64,000 nt of DNA. It comes from Betaproteobacteria bacterium. GTDB taxonomy: Bacteria; Pseudomonadota; Gammaproteobacteria; Burkholderiales; Ga0077523. Shown here piece by piece: positions 33,542 to 44,089 of the stretch. The DNA is taken from the NCBI GenBank assembly GCA_016713305.1, contig JADJPK010000007.1, positions 128,513 through 192,512 of the forward strand, read 5' to 3'. The notes beneath the pieces are model-generated. The model worked only from the letters and a program-made list of their open reading frames with translations. It had not been told where the DNA came from and searched no databases. The translations under genes and the position numbers were made by a program. The first letter of the stretch is position 1. The number at the start of each line of letters is the position of its first letter.

Positions 33542-34534
33542 TCAGGGCATCACCTTGACCGCCCGGACGAGATCGAGCGTGTACGCCTTGTGCACATCCG
33601 TGCCGGGCTGCGCGAGTCCGGCGCCGGTCATGAAATCGAAAGTCTGCTGCCACCGTGCGTCGGTCATGGAAAGAATGCCGTTGCGAGCCGCGTCCGCACC
33701 GGTGACCAGACCGAACGATCTCATTCTGGCCACGCCGTAGGCGAGCAACGCATCCTCCATTTCGGGATTGGCCTTGCGGATGAGCGCGTTGCCCGGCGCC
33801 GGATGGGCGAGGTAGCTGCGGTAGCCTTCCGCTGTCGCGCGCAGGAACCGCTGCAGGGCGTCTCTGCGCTTCTCGAGCACCGCCCGGGTCGTCACGATCG
33901 TCTGCGCATAGGGCGGGTAGCCGTGGTCCGCCAGCAGGAATACCACGGGCTTCACGCCTGCCTTCTCGATCGAGTAGGGCTCGGACGTGGCGTAACCCTG
34001 CTGGGCGACCTTCGTGTCGGCGAGGAATGGCTGGACGCTGAATGCGTAGGGCCGTTTCTGCGCGTCGGTGAATCCGTATTTCTTCTTGAGCCAGGGCCAG
34101 AACGTCGTTTCGCTCGCCTGGCCGATGAGCAGCGTGCGCGTCCTGAGATCCTCCATGGATTTCACGTCCGGATGCGCGACGAGCGCTGCCGGGTCCTTCT
34201 GGAAGACCGCCCCGATCGTGACCACCGGCAGGCCCTGCTCCACGGCGGCGATGGTCTGCAGGTCGTATCCCATGACGGCATCGGCCTTGCCGGCGAGCAG
34301 GAGCTGCATCACGTTGACCTGCGGGCCGCCCATGCGGATCTCCGCGTCCAGGCCTTGTGCCTTGTACATCCCCTCTGCGAGCGCCTGATAGAACCCGCCG
34401 TGCTCGGCCTGGGCATACCAGTTGGTGAGGAACACGAACTTCTCCTGGGCCTGTGCGGGCGCTCCCAGTGCGAGAACGGTGGCGGCGAGCATCGCTCGCA
34501 AGGCACGACGGCGGGAATGGGGGCGAGGCGCCAT
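33542..34534 (-). CDS. ABC transporter substrate-binding protein (NMT1/THI5-like, NitT/TauT type)
   Basis: Tat- or Sec-like signal (MAPRPHSRRRALRAMLAATVLALGAPAQA), then FLTNWYAQAEHGGFY. GAGGAG lies upstream of the ATG at 34534. Confidence 0.7.
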   Translation of the reverse strand: MAPRPHSRRRALRAMLAATVLALGAPAQAQEKFVFLTNWYAQAEHGGFYQALAEGMYKAQGLDAEIRMGGPQVNVMQLLLAGKADAVMGYDLQTIAAVEQGLPVVTIGAVFQKDPAALVAHPDVKSMEDLRTRTLLIGQASETTFWPWLKKKYGFTDAQKRPYAFSVQPFLADTKVAQQGYATSEPYSIEKAGVKPVVFLLADHGYPPYAQTIVTTRAVLEKRRDALQRFLRATAEGYRSYLAHPAPGNALIRKANPEMEDALLAYGVARMRSFGLVTGADAARNGILSMTDARWQQTFDFMTGAGLAQPGTDVHKAYTLDLVRAVKVMP

Positions 34535-34673
34535 GGCGATATCTCCTCTGAGCGATGCAGACGATTCCGGGAAAGGTCCCGCTAATGTACGCGGATCGCG
34601 TGTCAGCCGGAAACGGGGAGCGACGGCAAGACCATCGCGTGATGACCCGCCTTCACATCGCACGACGGGCGCC

Positions 34674-35450
34674 CTACCGCGCACTGTCGTGCCAACGATG
34701 GAGCGCGAGCCACGCCAACGCGCTCGCGAGAACGTAGAAGGCGATGCCGGCGAGGGCGATGAGCAGCAGCGCCGCGAACATCCGGGGGATGTTGAGCTGC
34801 AGGCCTGCCATCAGGATCTGGTACGCGAGCCCCGACGACGTGCCGCCGGTTCCCGCCACAAACTCCGCCACCACGGCGCCGATGAGCGCCAGCCCGGCCG
34901 AGATGCGCAGGCCCGAGAAGAAGTACGGCAGGGCGGAAGGCACGCGCAAACGCAGGAACACCTGCCAGCGCGACGCTCCGTACAGGCGGAACAGATCGCG
35001 CAGACCGGGGTCCACGCTCTTCAGTCCGAGCGTGGTGCTGGACACCATGGGAAACAGGGCCACGATGGTGGCGCATGCGACCAGGGCCGTGACGGGATCG
35101 TCGACCCAGATGATGATGAGCGGCGCGACCGCGACGATCGGCGTGACCTGCAACAGGACTGCGTAGGGCATGAGGCTCGCCTCGATGGCGCGGCTCTGGA
35201 CGAAAAGGAATCCGGTGGCCACCCCGGTGGCGATCGAGAGGGAGAGCGCGATCGCCGCGATCTTCACCGTCGTCAGCAGTGCGGGAGCCAGCAGGGCCCA
35301 ATCCTTGGCCAGGGTGCGCGCGATGAGCAGCGGGGAGGGCACCAGGTACGCCGGCACGTCGGAGTAGGTGACGGCGAACTGCCACAGGCCCAACAGCGCC
35401 ATGCCCACGACAACCGGGGCAGCGACCGTCCAGACGTGGGCGCGGGTCAT
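34674..35450 (-). CDS. ABC transporter permease (NitT/TauT family)
   Basis: Six TM helices and an EAA-like loop (LGLKSVDPGLRDLFRLYGASRWQ). Only the C-terminal 258 codons of ORF 34674-36251 are in the real frame, and the start overlaps the ATPase stop (ATGA). Confidence 0.8.
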   Translation of the reverse strand: MTRAHVWTVAAPVVVGMALLGLWQFAVTYSDVPAYLVPSPLLIARTLAKDWALLAPALLTTVKIAAIALSLSIATGVATGFLFVQSRAIEASLMPYAVLLQVTPIVAVAPLIIIWVDDPVTALVACATIVALFPMVSSTTLGLKSVDPGLRDLFRLYGASRWQVFLRLRVPSALPYFFSGLRISAGLALIGAVVAEFVAGTGGTSSGLAYQILMAGLQLNIPRMFAALLLIALAGIAFYVLASALAWLALHRWHDSAR

Positions 35451-36205
35451 GTGGCGCCCGCGTCCACCAGCATCCGCTGCAGACGGGCGCAGCGGGCGGC
35501 GAAGCGCTCCGAGACCCGGTATTCGTCGGAGCGGGGGAAGGGTTCGTCGATGACGAGTTCGCCGGCGATGCGTCCGGGGCGGGGCGTCATCACCAACACC
35601 CGCGTGGACAGGTACACCGCCTCGTACAGGCTGTGTGTCACGAAGATCACCGTAAGCGATCGTCGCGACCAGAGTTCCAGCAGATCCCGGTCCAGCCGGG
35701 CACGCGTGATCTCGTCCAGCGCGCCGAAGGGCTCGTCCATCAGCAGCAGAGCCGGTTCCGTCACCAGCGCACGGGCAATGGAGGCACGCATCTGCATGCC
35801 GCCGGACAGCTCCCGCGGAAAGGCCGCTGCGAACTCGGCGAGGCCCACGAGCGACAGCGCGCGACCGGTCCGCGCCGCCGCGTCGCCTTCCGCAACGCCC
35901 GAGAGCGTCAGCGGAAGCCTCACATTGGCTTCCACGGAAGTCCACGGCATCAGTGTCGGCTGCTGAAAGACGAAAGCGCTGCCCCGCATTCCGTCCGCAG
36001 GGGCGCCCACGCATTCGCCGGCATCGGCTCGCGCACTGCCCTCCGATGGAACCTCCAAACCCGCCACGATGCGCAGAAGCGTGCTCTTGCCGCAACCCGA
36101 GGGACCGATGATCGAGACGAACTCCCCGGCGCGTACGCCGAGCGAGACAGGCCCCAGTGCGTGGGTGCCCGAGGGAAACCTGTGACACACGCCGTTCAGT
36201 GTCAC
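35447..36205 (-). CDS. ABC transporter ATP-binding protein (NitT/TauT family)
   Basis: Walker A GPSGCGKST, signature LSGGMQ and Walker B LLMDEP. Confidence 0.85.
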   Translation of the reverse strand: MTLNGVCHRFPSGTHALGPVSLGVRAGEFVSIIGPSGCGKSTLLRIVAGLEVPSEGSARADAGECVGAPADGMRGSAFVFQQPTLMPWTSVEANVRLPLTLSGVAEGDAAARTGRALSLVGLAEFAAAFPRELSGGMQMRASIARALVTEPALLLMDEPFGALDEITRARLDRDLLELWSRRSLTVIFVTHSLYEAVYLSTRVLVMTPRPGRIAGELVIDEPFPRSDEYRVSERFAARCARLQRMLVDAGAT

Positions 36206-36434
36206 GACGGAGGCCGTGCTCGCGCGGGACGGAAGTGGTCGATGCGGTCAAGGGCGGGAGACGGAGACGGTGGTCATGGGGTTCGAGGGGGCGATTGCCG
36301 CGCCCGGGTGTGGGGCGATCATACGGATGCCGTCATGCGGACGCACGACCGTGGAGGCATGGATGCCGGAACGGATCGCCGGCCGGGCGGTCGACTCCTA
36401 TAATGACGGCGATCATCGGACGGTATCCGGCAGC

Positions 36435-36944
36435 ATGAAGGTATTCGGCTTCGCGGGCTACTCGGGCAGCGGCAAGACGACGCTCGTGGAGCAGCTCATT
36501 CCACGTTTCGTCGCGGCGGGTTATCGCCTGGGAGTGGTCAAGCATGCCCATCATCACTTCGACATCGATCATCCCGGCAAGGACTCATGGCGTCACCGGC
36601 AGGCCGGTGCCACGGAGGTGCTCGTGACGTCCGATGAGCGCTGGGCGCTCATGCACGAACTGCGCGGGGGGCCTCAGCCCACGCTGGCCGAACACCTCGT
36701 CCGGTTCTCTCCCTGCGACCTGGTGCTGGTGGAAGGTTTCAAGAAGGAACCCCTGCCCAAGCTGGAGGTGCATCGCCGCGACACTGGCGCGCCGGTCCTG
36801 TTCGATGCCGATGATAATATCGTCGCTGTTGCCACGGACGAGCCGCTCGCCACCGATCTGCCGCAATTGCGGATCGACGACTACGACGGGATCGTCCGCT
36901 TCATCCTCGAATACGTGGGCCTCGCCGAAGGCCCCGCACCATGA
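36435..36944 (+). CDS. mobB: Molybdopterin-guanine dinucleotide biosynthesis adaptor MobB
   Basis: P-loop GYSGSGKTT followed by VKHAHHHFDIDHPGKDS. Confidence 0.85.
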   Translation: MKVFGFAGYSGSGKTTLVEQLIPRFVAAGYRLGVVKHAHHHFDIDHPGKDSWRHRQAGATEVLVTSDERWALMHELRGGPQPTLAEHLVRFSPCDLVLVEGFKKEPLPKLEVHRRDTGAPVLFDADDNIVAVATDEPLATDLPQLRIDDYDGIVRFILEYVGLAEGPAP

Positions 36945-36954
36945 TCTCGATGCC

Positions 36955-37209
36955 ATGATTCACGTGCTGTACTTCGCGCGCCTCAAGGAATCGCTGGGCA
37001 AGGATGCCGAGCGCCTCGAACTCCCCGCCGGCGTGTCCGACGTGGCAGGTCTCACCGCGTGGCTGCGTACGCGCGGCGGTGCGTGGGAGCACGAACTGGC
37101 GCCCGGGCGTCCGGTGCGCGCCGCCGTCAATCAGGACATGGCCAAGGGCGAGACGCCCCTGCGCGACGGCGACGAGATCGCGTTCTTTCCGCCGGTGACC
37201 GGAGGCTGA
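36955..37209 (+). CDS. moaD: Molybdopterin synthase sulfur-carrier subunit MoaD
   Basis: 84 aa with a ubiquitin-like fold, ending in FFPPVTGG. Confidence 0.85.
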   Translation: MIHVLYFARLKESLGKDAERLELPAGVSDVAGLTAWLRTRGGAWEHELAPGRPVRAAVNQDMAKGETPLRDGDEIAFFPPVTGG

Positions 37210-37211
37210 GC

Positions 37212-37709
37212 GTGAATCGAGCGGAAGGGCCGGCCACCGCCATGGGCAGCACCACCGTGCGCGTGCAGGAATCCGATTTCGACGTCGGGGCGGAGATCGG
37301 CAGGCTGCGCCAGGGCAACGGGCGAATCGGCGCGGTGGCAAGCTTCGTCGGCGTCTGCCGCGACCTGAACGAAGGCGACAGCGTCGCCGACATGGTGCTG
37401 GAGCACTATCCCGGCATGACCGAGAAGGCGCTCGCGAAGATCGCCGACCAGGCACGCGGGCGCTGGGACCTCATCGACATCCTCATCGTGCACCGCGTGG
37501 GCCGGATCCTGCCCACCGAGCAGATCGTGCTGGTGGTGGTGACAAGCGCGCATCGCGGCGAAGCCTTCGCCGCTTGCGAATTCCTGATGGACTACCTGAA
37601 GACGCAGGCGCCGTTCTGGAAGAAGGAATCCACCGCGGCGGGCTCGCGCTGGGTGGATGCCCGGACCACGGACGATGCCGCCGCGCAGCGCTGGGAGGGA
37701 AGCCGCTGA
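37212..37709 (+). CDS. moaE: Molybdopterin synthase catalytic subunit MoaE
   Basis: GAVASFVGVCRD..LEHYPGMTEKAL..SAHRGEAF..DYLKTQAPFWKKE. The start is GTG 37212 or ATG 37242. Confidence 0.85.
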   Translation: MNRAEGPATAMGSTTVRVQESDFDVGAEIGRLRQGNGRIGAVASFVGVCRDLNEGDSVADMVLEHYPGMTEKALAKIADQARGRWDLIDILIVHRVGRILPTEQIVLVVVTSAHRGEAFAACEFLMDYLKTQAPFWKKESTAAGSRWVDARTTDDAAAQRWEGSR

Positions 37710-37710
37710 C

Positions 37711-38097
37711 ATGGCGCGAGCCAAGGACGCCCCGGGGAACGGAAAGATCCCCAAACCGCAGATCCGCATCCTCTTCCGCAAGGCCATCGCCATGGGCCCG
37801 GGCAAGTCCGAACTGCTCCAGGCGATCGATCGCACCGGATCGATCTCCGCCGCGGCGCGGGACATGGGCATGTCGTACCGCCGCGCCTGGCTGCTCGTCG
37901 ACACGATGAACCAGAGTTTCAAGCATCCCCTGGTCACCACCGAAACCGGGGGCCAGCGCGGCGGCGGCGCCACCGTCACGGAGTTCGGGCAGGATGTTCT
38001 CGCCCGCTATCTCGCGATGGAAGCGAAGGCGGCCTTGGCAGTGGAAAAGGAGATGGGAGAGTTCGTGAAGCTCATGTCCCGCCTGCCGCTGGAGTGA
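37711..38097 (+). CDS. ModE N-terminal-domain-only (winged-helix, LysR-type HTH) regulator, paralogue 1
   Basis: GPGKSELLQAIDRTGSISAAARDMGMSYRRAWLLVDTMN..GGQRGGGATVTEFG matches the ModE DNA-binding/dimerisation domain. No Mop/TOBE domain follows. Confidence 0.65.
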   Translation: MARAKDAPGNGKIPKPQIRILFRKAIAMGPGKSELLQAIDRTGSISAAARDMGMSYRRAWLLVDTMNQSFKHPLVTTETGGQRGGGATVTEFGQDVLARYLAMEAKAALAVEKEMGEFVKLMSRLPLE

Positions 38098-38128
38098 CGG
38101 CGGCGTCCCTGCGCCCTTGCGTGGCGTA

Positions 38129-38356
38129 TCAGGCCGTGCCTTCGGGGACGGTCAATTGCAGGACGGCCTGCCGCGCGAGTTCGCTCAACTCCGCACCGCC
38201 CGTCCGCGCATAGCTCACGATCTCCCGCCGCATCCGCGGATCCCAGAACCGCTGCATGTGGCTCGTCACCCCTTTCACGGCCAGTTCCTTGTCGGGCTCG
38301 GGCTCGAAGAATCGGGCGATGTCGTTGGCCATCTTGACCAGGCGCGTGATTTCCAT
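38129..38356 (-). CDS. fdsD: NAD-dependent formate dehydrogenase delta subunit FdsD
   Basis: 75 aa, MANDIARFFEPEPD...HMQRFWDPRMRREI, typical of FdsD. Confidence 0.8.
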   Translation of the reverse strand: MEITRLVKMANDIARFFEPEPDKELAVKGVTSHMQRFWDPRMRREIVSYARTGGAELSELARQAVLQLTVPEGTA

Positions 38357-38366
38357 GGGCGTTCAA

Positions 38367-39185
38367 TCAGAAGTTCGATGAAGGAGAGGAGTACACCGTA
38401 TGCCGGTCCTGCCGGGCGAATCCGATCAGCGTGAGCCCGGCTTGGCTGGCCGTGCGCACGGCCAGCGCCGTCGGCGCGGAGACCGCCGATAGTAGCGGGA
38501 TGCCCGCGGCGGCGGTCTTGTGGACCATCTCGTAGCTGGCCCGGCTCGTCACGGCGGCAAACCCGCTGGACGGATCCGTACCCCCGCGCAGCAGCGCGCC
38601 GATCATCTTGTCCAGGGCGTTGTGCCGGCCCACGTCTTCCCGCAGCAGCCGAACCCGACCCGAGCGATCGGCAAATGCGGCGGCGTGCACCGACCCGGTG
38701 AGCGCGTTGAGGCTTTGTCCTGCGGCGAGTTCCGTGTGCGCGCGTCTCAGCGCACGTGCGTCGGCCTCGGGCGCGGAGGGCACTCTGCGGACGGGCCGCA
38801 ACGCATCCGAGAGCATCTGCGCGCCGCACAGCCCGCAGCCCGTGCGACCCGCCAGCGAACGGCGCCGATCCGCGATGCGGTCGGTGAGCGGCAGAGGAAT
38901 GCTCAGGTACACCGAGAAGCCCTCATCTTCCGGCACGACTTCCACGGCCTGGATGTGGCCGGCCGATTCGACGATGCCTTCGGTCAGGCTGAATCCCCAG
39001 GCGAAGTCCTCGAAGTCCAGCGGCGTCGCGAGCATCACGGCGAACGGGATGCCGTTGTAGACGAATGCCACGGGACACTCTTCCGCGACCTGGTCTTCCG
39101 CCCGCACCACGGCATCGTCATGGCAGCGCCTCACCGGCACGCGGGTATGCGCGCCGTCGAGGCCTTGCATGTCGCCCGGTTTCAC
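38367..39185 (-). CDS. fdhD: Formate dehydrogenase accessory sulfurtransferase FdhD
   Basis: Full-length FdhD with the GRTGCGLCG motif and DVGRHNALDK. Confidence 0.9.
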   Translation of the reverse strand: MKPGDMQGLDGAHTRVPVRRCHDDAVVRAEDQVAEECPVAFVYNGIPFAVMLATPLDFEDFAWGFSLTEGIVESAGHIQAVEVVPEDEGFSVYLSIPLPLTDRIADRRRSLAGRTGCGLCGAQMLSDALRPVRRVPSAPEADARALRRAHTELAAGQSLNALTGSVHAAAFADRSGRVRLLREDVGRHNALDKMIGALLRGGTDPSSGFAAVTSRASYEMVHKTAAAGIPLLSAVSAPTALAVRTASQAGLTLIGFARQDRHTVYSSPSSNF

Positions 39186-39189
39186 CCGG

Positions 39190-42042
39190 TCAGGCTCCCT
39201 GGGTTTCGCGCTTCTTTCCGTCCAGCAGCGAAAGCTGCTCCTCGCTGAACTCGCGGAAGCGCTTCTGCCATTCGGAGGGCTGCGTCACCGGTTCGACCTG
39301 CACGGCTGTCACCTTGTATTCGGGGCAGTTCGTGGCCCAGTCGGAATTGTCGGTCGTGATCACGTTGGCACCGGACTCGGGGAAGTGGAATGTCGTGTAC
39401 ACCACGCCCGGCTAGACTCTTTCAGTGATGACGGCACGCAGCACGGTCTCGCCGGCCCGGCTGCGCACGCCGACCCAGTCGCCCTCGCGGATGCCACGCA
39501 GTTCGGCGTCGCTCGGGTGGATCTCCAGGCGGTCCTCGTCGTGCCACATCACGTTCGGTGTCCGGCGCGTCTGCGCCCCGACGTTGTACTGGCTCAGGAT
39601 CCGGCCGGTGGTGAGGATGAGCGGATACTTCCGGCTGGTGCGCTCCTCCGTCGGCACATAGCGTGTGATGACGAAGTTGCCCTTGCCGCGCACGAACTCC
39701 TCGACGTGCATGGTGGGCGTGCCCAGGGGCGAGTGATCGTTGCAGGGCCACTGGACGCTGCCCAGCTGGTCGATCTTCTCGAAACTCACGCCGTGGAACG
39801 TGGGGGTGAGCCGCGCGATCTCGTCCATGATCTCGGACGGGTGCCGGTAGTGCATGGGATAGCCCAGCGCGTTCGCGAGCATCTGGGTCACCTCCCAGTC
39901 CTGCTTGCCGCCCAGCGGCGGCATCACCTTGCGCACGCGGGAGATCCGGCGTTCGGCATTGGTGAACGTGCCGTCCTTTTCCAGGAACGAGGAGCCGGGG
40001 AGGAAGACGTGCGCGTACTTTGCCGTTTCATTGAGGAAGATGTCCTGCACCACCACGCATTCCATGGCGCGCAACGCCGCCGTGACGTGCTGGGTGTCGG
40101 GATCCGACTGGGCGATGTCCTCGCCTTCGACGTAGATGCCGCGGAAGCTTCCGTCCAGCGCCGCATCCAGCATGTTGGGAATCCGCAGACCCGGTTCCGG
40201 ATCGATGCGCACGCCCCATTCGGCCTCGAACAGGTCGCGCGTCTCCTTGTCGGACACGTGCCGGTAACCCGGCAACTCGTGCGGGAACGAGCCCATGTCG
40301 CACGCGCCCTGCACATTGTTCTGGCCGCGCAGGGGATTCACGCCGACGCCTTCCCGGCCGATGTTGCCGGTGACCATCGCGAGGTTCGCGATGCCCATCA
40401 CCATCGTCGAGCCCTGCGAGTGCTCGGTCACGCCCAGGCCGTAGTAGATGGCCGCGTTGCCGCCGGTGGCGTAGAGCCTGGCGGCCTCGCGCACGTCCTT
40501 CGCGGGCACGCCCGTTTCGGCCTCCATCGCTTCGGGGGAGTTGGCCGGATCGCAGATGAAATCGCGCCACTTGGAGAAAGCGGGCTCCTCGCAGCGGCTG
40601 CGCACGAACGACTCATTCCAGAGTCCTTCGGTCATGATCACGTGCGCCAGCGCGTTGACCACCGCCACGTTCGTGCCGGGTCGCAGCTTGAGGTGCTGGG
40701 ACGCCTGGACGTGCGGCGAGCGCACGAGGTCGATGGAGCGCGGATCCACGACGATGAGCTTCGCGCCCTCGCGCAGGCGGCGCTTCATGCGCGACCCGAA
40801 CACGGGGTGGCCGTCGGTCGGATTGGCGCCGATCACCATGATGACGTCCGCCTTGTCGACCGAGTCGAACGTCTGCGTGCCGGCCGATTCGCCGAGCGTC
40901 GTCTTGAGACCGTAGCCGGTGGGCGAGTGGCAGACGCGAGCGCAGGTGTCGACGTTGTTGTTGCCGAAGGCGGCCCGTATGAGCTTCTGCACGAGGTACG
41001 TTTCCTCGTTCGTGCAGCGGGACGAGGTGATGCCCCCCACGGCACCCCGGCCGTACTTGGCCTGGATGCGCTTGAATTCGGACGCGGCGTGGCCGATGGC
41101 CTCGTCCCAGCTCACCTCGCGCCATGGTTCGTCGACGCTCGCGCGGATCATCGGCCTGGTGATCCGGTCCTTGTGCGTGGCATAGCCGATGGCGAACCGG
41201 CCCTTCACGCACGAGTGGCCATGGTTGGCGTGGCCGTCCTTGTTGGGCACCATGCGCACCACTTCGTTGCCCTGCATCTCGGCGCGGAAGGAACAGCCCA
41301 CGCCGCAGTAGGCGCAGGTGGTGACCACGCTGTGCTCCGCCTGGCCCATCTCGATCACGGACTTTTCCATGAGCGTCGCCGTGGGACACGCCTGGACACA
41401 CGCTCCGCAGCTCACGCACTCGGAATCCATGAAATCCTCGCGCTGGCCGGGCGACACCATGGACGCGAAACCGCGGCTGTCGATCGTGAGGGCGAAGGTG
41501 CCCTGGACCTCTTCGCAGGCGCGCACGCAACGGGAGCAGACGATGCACTTCGAGGGGTCGAACGTGAAATAGGGGTTGGAGGTGTCCTTGGCGGACTTCA
41601 GGTGGTTCGCGCCATCGTAGCCATACCGGACTTCGCGCAGTCCGACCACGCCCGCCATGTCCTGCAGCTCGCAATTGCCGTTGGCCGCACAGGTGAGGCA
41701 GTCGAGCGGGTGGTCGGAGATGTACAGCTCCATCACGTTGCGGCGGATCTTGGCCAGCGACGCGGACTGCGTGCGAACGACCAGTCCGGGCGCGACCGGC
41801 GTCGTACAGGATGCCGGGTAACCCTTGCGCCCTTCGATCTCGACCAGGCACATGCGGCAGGAACCGAACGGTTCCAGCGAGTCCGTCGCGCACAGTTTGG
41901 GGATGGAGACGCCGGCATCCGCGGCCGCCCGCATGATCGACGTGCCTTCCGGGACGGTGACCTGCACTCCGTCGATCTCCAGCGTCACTTCGCGTTCGCT
42001 CTTGCGGGGCGGGGTGCCCAGGTCGATGTAGCGGATGCCCAT
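39190..42042 (-). pseudogene. fdsA: NAD-dependent formate dehydrogenase alpha subunit FdsA, interrupted by an in-frame TAG at 39412-39414
   Basis: It starts at ATG 42042 (GGAGGA upstream). It has 2Fe-2S and 4Fe-4S Cys motifs and a molybdopterin oxidoreductase body. The reading frame continues unchanged across the TAG (..AVITERV * PGVVYTTFHFPESGANVITTDNSDWATNCPEYKVTAVQV..) to 39190. Confidence 0.9.
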
Positions 42043-42062
42043 GGTGCGTCCTCCTTGGAGGG

Positions 42063-43622
42063 TCAGGCGGCGGCTGCCAGCGCGTTGCGCGGCAGGCCGA
42101 AATCTTCGGGAAAGTGCTTCAGCGCGGAGAGCACGGGGAAGGGCGTCATCCCGCCCAGCGCGCACAGCGAGCCGTTCAGCATGGTGTCGCACAGGTCGCG
42201 CAGCAGGGCCGTGTTCGCGTCCCGGTCCCGGCCTGCCACGATCCTGTCGATCACCTTGAACCCTCGCGTCGAACCGATACGGCAAGGCGTGCACTTGCCG
42301 CACGATTCGATGGCGCAGAACTCCATCGCATACCGGGCGAGCTTCGCCATGTCGGCCGTGTCGTCGAACACCACGATGCCGCCATGGCCCACCATCGCGC
42401 CCGCCGCAGCGAACGCCTCGTAGTCCAGCGGCAGATCGAACTGCGACGCCGGAATGTAGGCGCCCAGAGGACCGCCCACCTGCACGGCCTTGATGGGCCG
42501 CCCGCTGGCCGAACCGCCACCGTAGTCGTACAGCAACTCGCGCAATGTCACGCCGAATGCCTTTTCGACAAGTCCGCCGTGCCGGATGTTTCCCGTGAGC
42601 TGGATGGGGAGGGTACCCTGGGACCGGCCGACCCCGTAATCCCGGTAGTAGGCGGCGCTCCGGTCCAGGATGATCGGTGCCGAGGCGAACGTGATGACGT
42701 TGTTGATCACCGTGGGCTTGCCGAACAGGCCCGAGATGGCGGGCACGGGCGGCTTGAACCGGACCATGCCGCGTTTGCCCTCCAGGCTCTCCAGCAGGGA
42801 GGTCTCCTCGCCGCAGATGTAGGCTCCTGCGCCGCGGCGGACCTCGATGTCGAACGCCTTGCCGGAGCCCAGGACGTTCTCCCCCAGAATCCCGTGCAGG
42901 CGCGCATTCGCGATCGCGGCCAGCAGCGTCCGCTCGGCATCCGGGTACTCGGAGCGCAGGTAGATGTAGCCCTTCGTGGCCCCCGTGGCGACACCGGCGA
43001 TGGTCATTCCCTCTACCAGCACCAGGGGATCGCCTTCCATGATCATGCGGTCCGAGAAGGTGCCGGAATCGCCTTCGTCGGCATTGCAGACGACGTATTT
43101 CTGACTCGCGGCCGTCTGCAGCACCGTGTTCCACTTGATGCCCGTGGGAAATGCCGCACCTCCGCGGCCACGCAGACCGGATTCCGTGATGGTCTTCACC
43201 ACGTCCGCGCCGCTCATGGCCAGGGCGTTGCGCAGACCGCGCAATCCGCCGTGGGCTTCGTAGTCGCTGCACGACACCGGATCCGTCACACCCACCCGGG
43301 CGAAGCACAGGCGATCCTGCTTCGCGAACCACGGGTGTTCCTCGATCCTGCCGATGCGGGCGCGATGTTCCCCGCCTTCGAGGAAGCCGGCCTCGAACAG
43401 TCCGGGCACTTCCACGGCATCCACGGGTCCGTACGCCGTGCGGCCGGCGGGCGTTTCCACTTCCACCAGCGGCTCCAGCCAGAACAGGCCTCGCGATCCG
43501 TTTCGCACGATCTGCACGGACGCTCCGCGGCTGCGTGCCTCGGCGGCCAGCACAGCCGCGACCTCGTCGGCCCCCACGCTGCGCGCCGAGGCATCGCCCG
43601 GCACATAGATCCGGACCGTCAT
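42063..43622 (-). CDS. fdsB: NAD-dependent formate dehydrogenase beta subunit FdsB (NuoF-like)
   Basis: GLRGRGGAAFPTGIKW FMN/NAD site and a CGKCTPCR 4Fe-4S site. The start ATG at 43622 overlaps the fdsG stop. Confidence 0.9.
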   Translation of the reverse strand: MTVRIYVPGDASARSVGADEVAAVLAAEARSRGASVQIVRNGSRGLFWLEPLVEVETPAGRTAYGPVDAVEVPGLFEAGFLEGGEHRARIGRIEEHPWFAKQDRLCFARVGVTDPVSCSDYEAHGGLRGLRNALAMSGADVVKTITESGLRGRGGAAFPTGIKWNTVLQTAASQKYVVCNADEGDSGTFSDRMIMEGDPLVLVEGMTIAGVATGATKGYIYLRSEYPDAERTLLAAIANARLHGILGENVLGSGKAFDIEVRRGAGAYICGEETSLLESLEGKRGMVRFKPPVPAISGLFGKPTVINNVITFASAPIILDRSAAYYRDYGVGRSQGTLPIQLTGNIRHGGLVEKAFGVTLRELLYDYGGGSASGRPIKAVQVGGPLGAYIPASQFDLPLDYEAFAAAGAMVGHGGIVVFDDTADMAKLARYAMEFCAIESCGKCTPCRIGSTRGFKVIDRIVAGRDRDANTALLRDLCDTMLNGSLCALGGMTPFPVLSALKHFPEDFGLPRNALAAAA

Positions 43623-44089
43623 GCGACCTCCCGAAGCTGGCTGGCCAGGACGCCGGCGGCGTCCGCGTTCACGCGTCCCCGCAGCCGGCCATCGACCATG
43701 AGCGAAGGCGCCAGGGCGCAGTTGCCGAGGCAGTAGACGGGTTCCAGCGTGACGGCACCGTCCGCGGTGGTCTGGTGGAGATCCACACCCAGCGCCTGGC
43801 GCAGCGATGCGAGCAGGGTATCGGCACCCATCGACTGGCACGCCTCCGCCCGGCAGACCTGGACCACGTGCCGTCCCGGCGGCACCTGGCGGAAGTGGTG
43901 GTAGAACGACACCACGCCATGGACTTCTGCACGGGACAGGTTCAGCGCACTGGCGATGGAAGCGATGGCCTCCGGCGGAACGTGGCCCAGGGCATCCTGG
44001 ATGTCGTGCAGCAGGGGCAGAAGGCCCCCGGGGACGTGCTGATGTCGTTCGATTGCCCGACCTATGACGGCGCTGGCGTCATCCGGCAT
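43619..44089 (-). CDS. fdsG: NAD-dependent formate dehydrogenase gamma subunit FdsG (NuoE-like 2Fe-2S)
   Basis: VCRAEAC...CLGNCALAP Cys pattern, with AGGAGGAAG upstream of the ATG at 44089. Confidence 0.85.
   Translation of the reverse strand: MPDDASAVIGRAIERHQHVPGGLLPLLHDIQDALGHVPPEAIASIASALNLSRAEVHGVVSFYHHFRQVPPGRHVVQVCRAEACQSMGADTLLASLRQALGVDLHQTTADGAVTLEPVYCLGNCALAPSLMVDGRLRGRVNADAAGVLASQLREVA

Noticed and set aside
36398-36403. Perfect TATAAT hexamer 32 nt upstream of mobB as a promoter
   Set aside because: There is no acceptable -35 or extended -10 element at the right spacing, so I did not call it as a feature.
39412-39414. TAG in fdsA as pyrrolysine or programmed read-through
   Set aside because: No pyl genes or recoding signals were seen in the window, and this enzyme family is not known to use such recoding. 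A point mutation or base-call error is more parsimonious.
39412-43332. 1306-aa ORF as a giant fused dehydrogenase
   Set aside because: Only the part from ATG 42042 downstream is FdsA. The N-terminal ~430 codons are an out-of-frame read across fdsB, typical of GC-rich DNA lacking stop codons.
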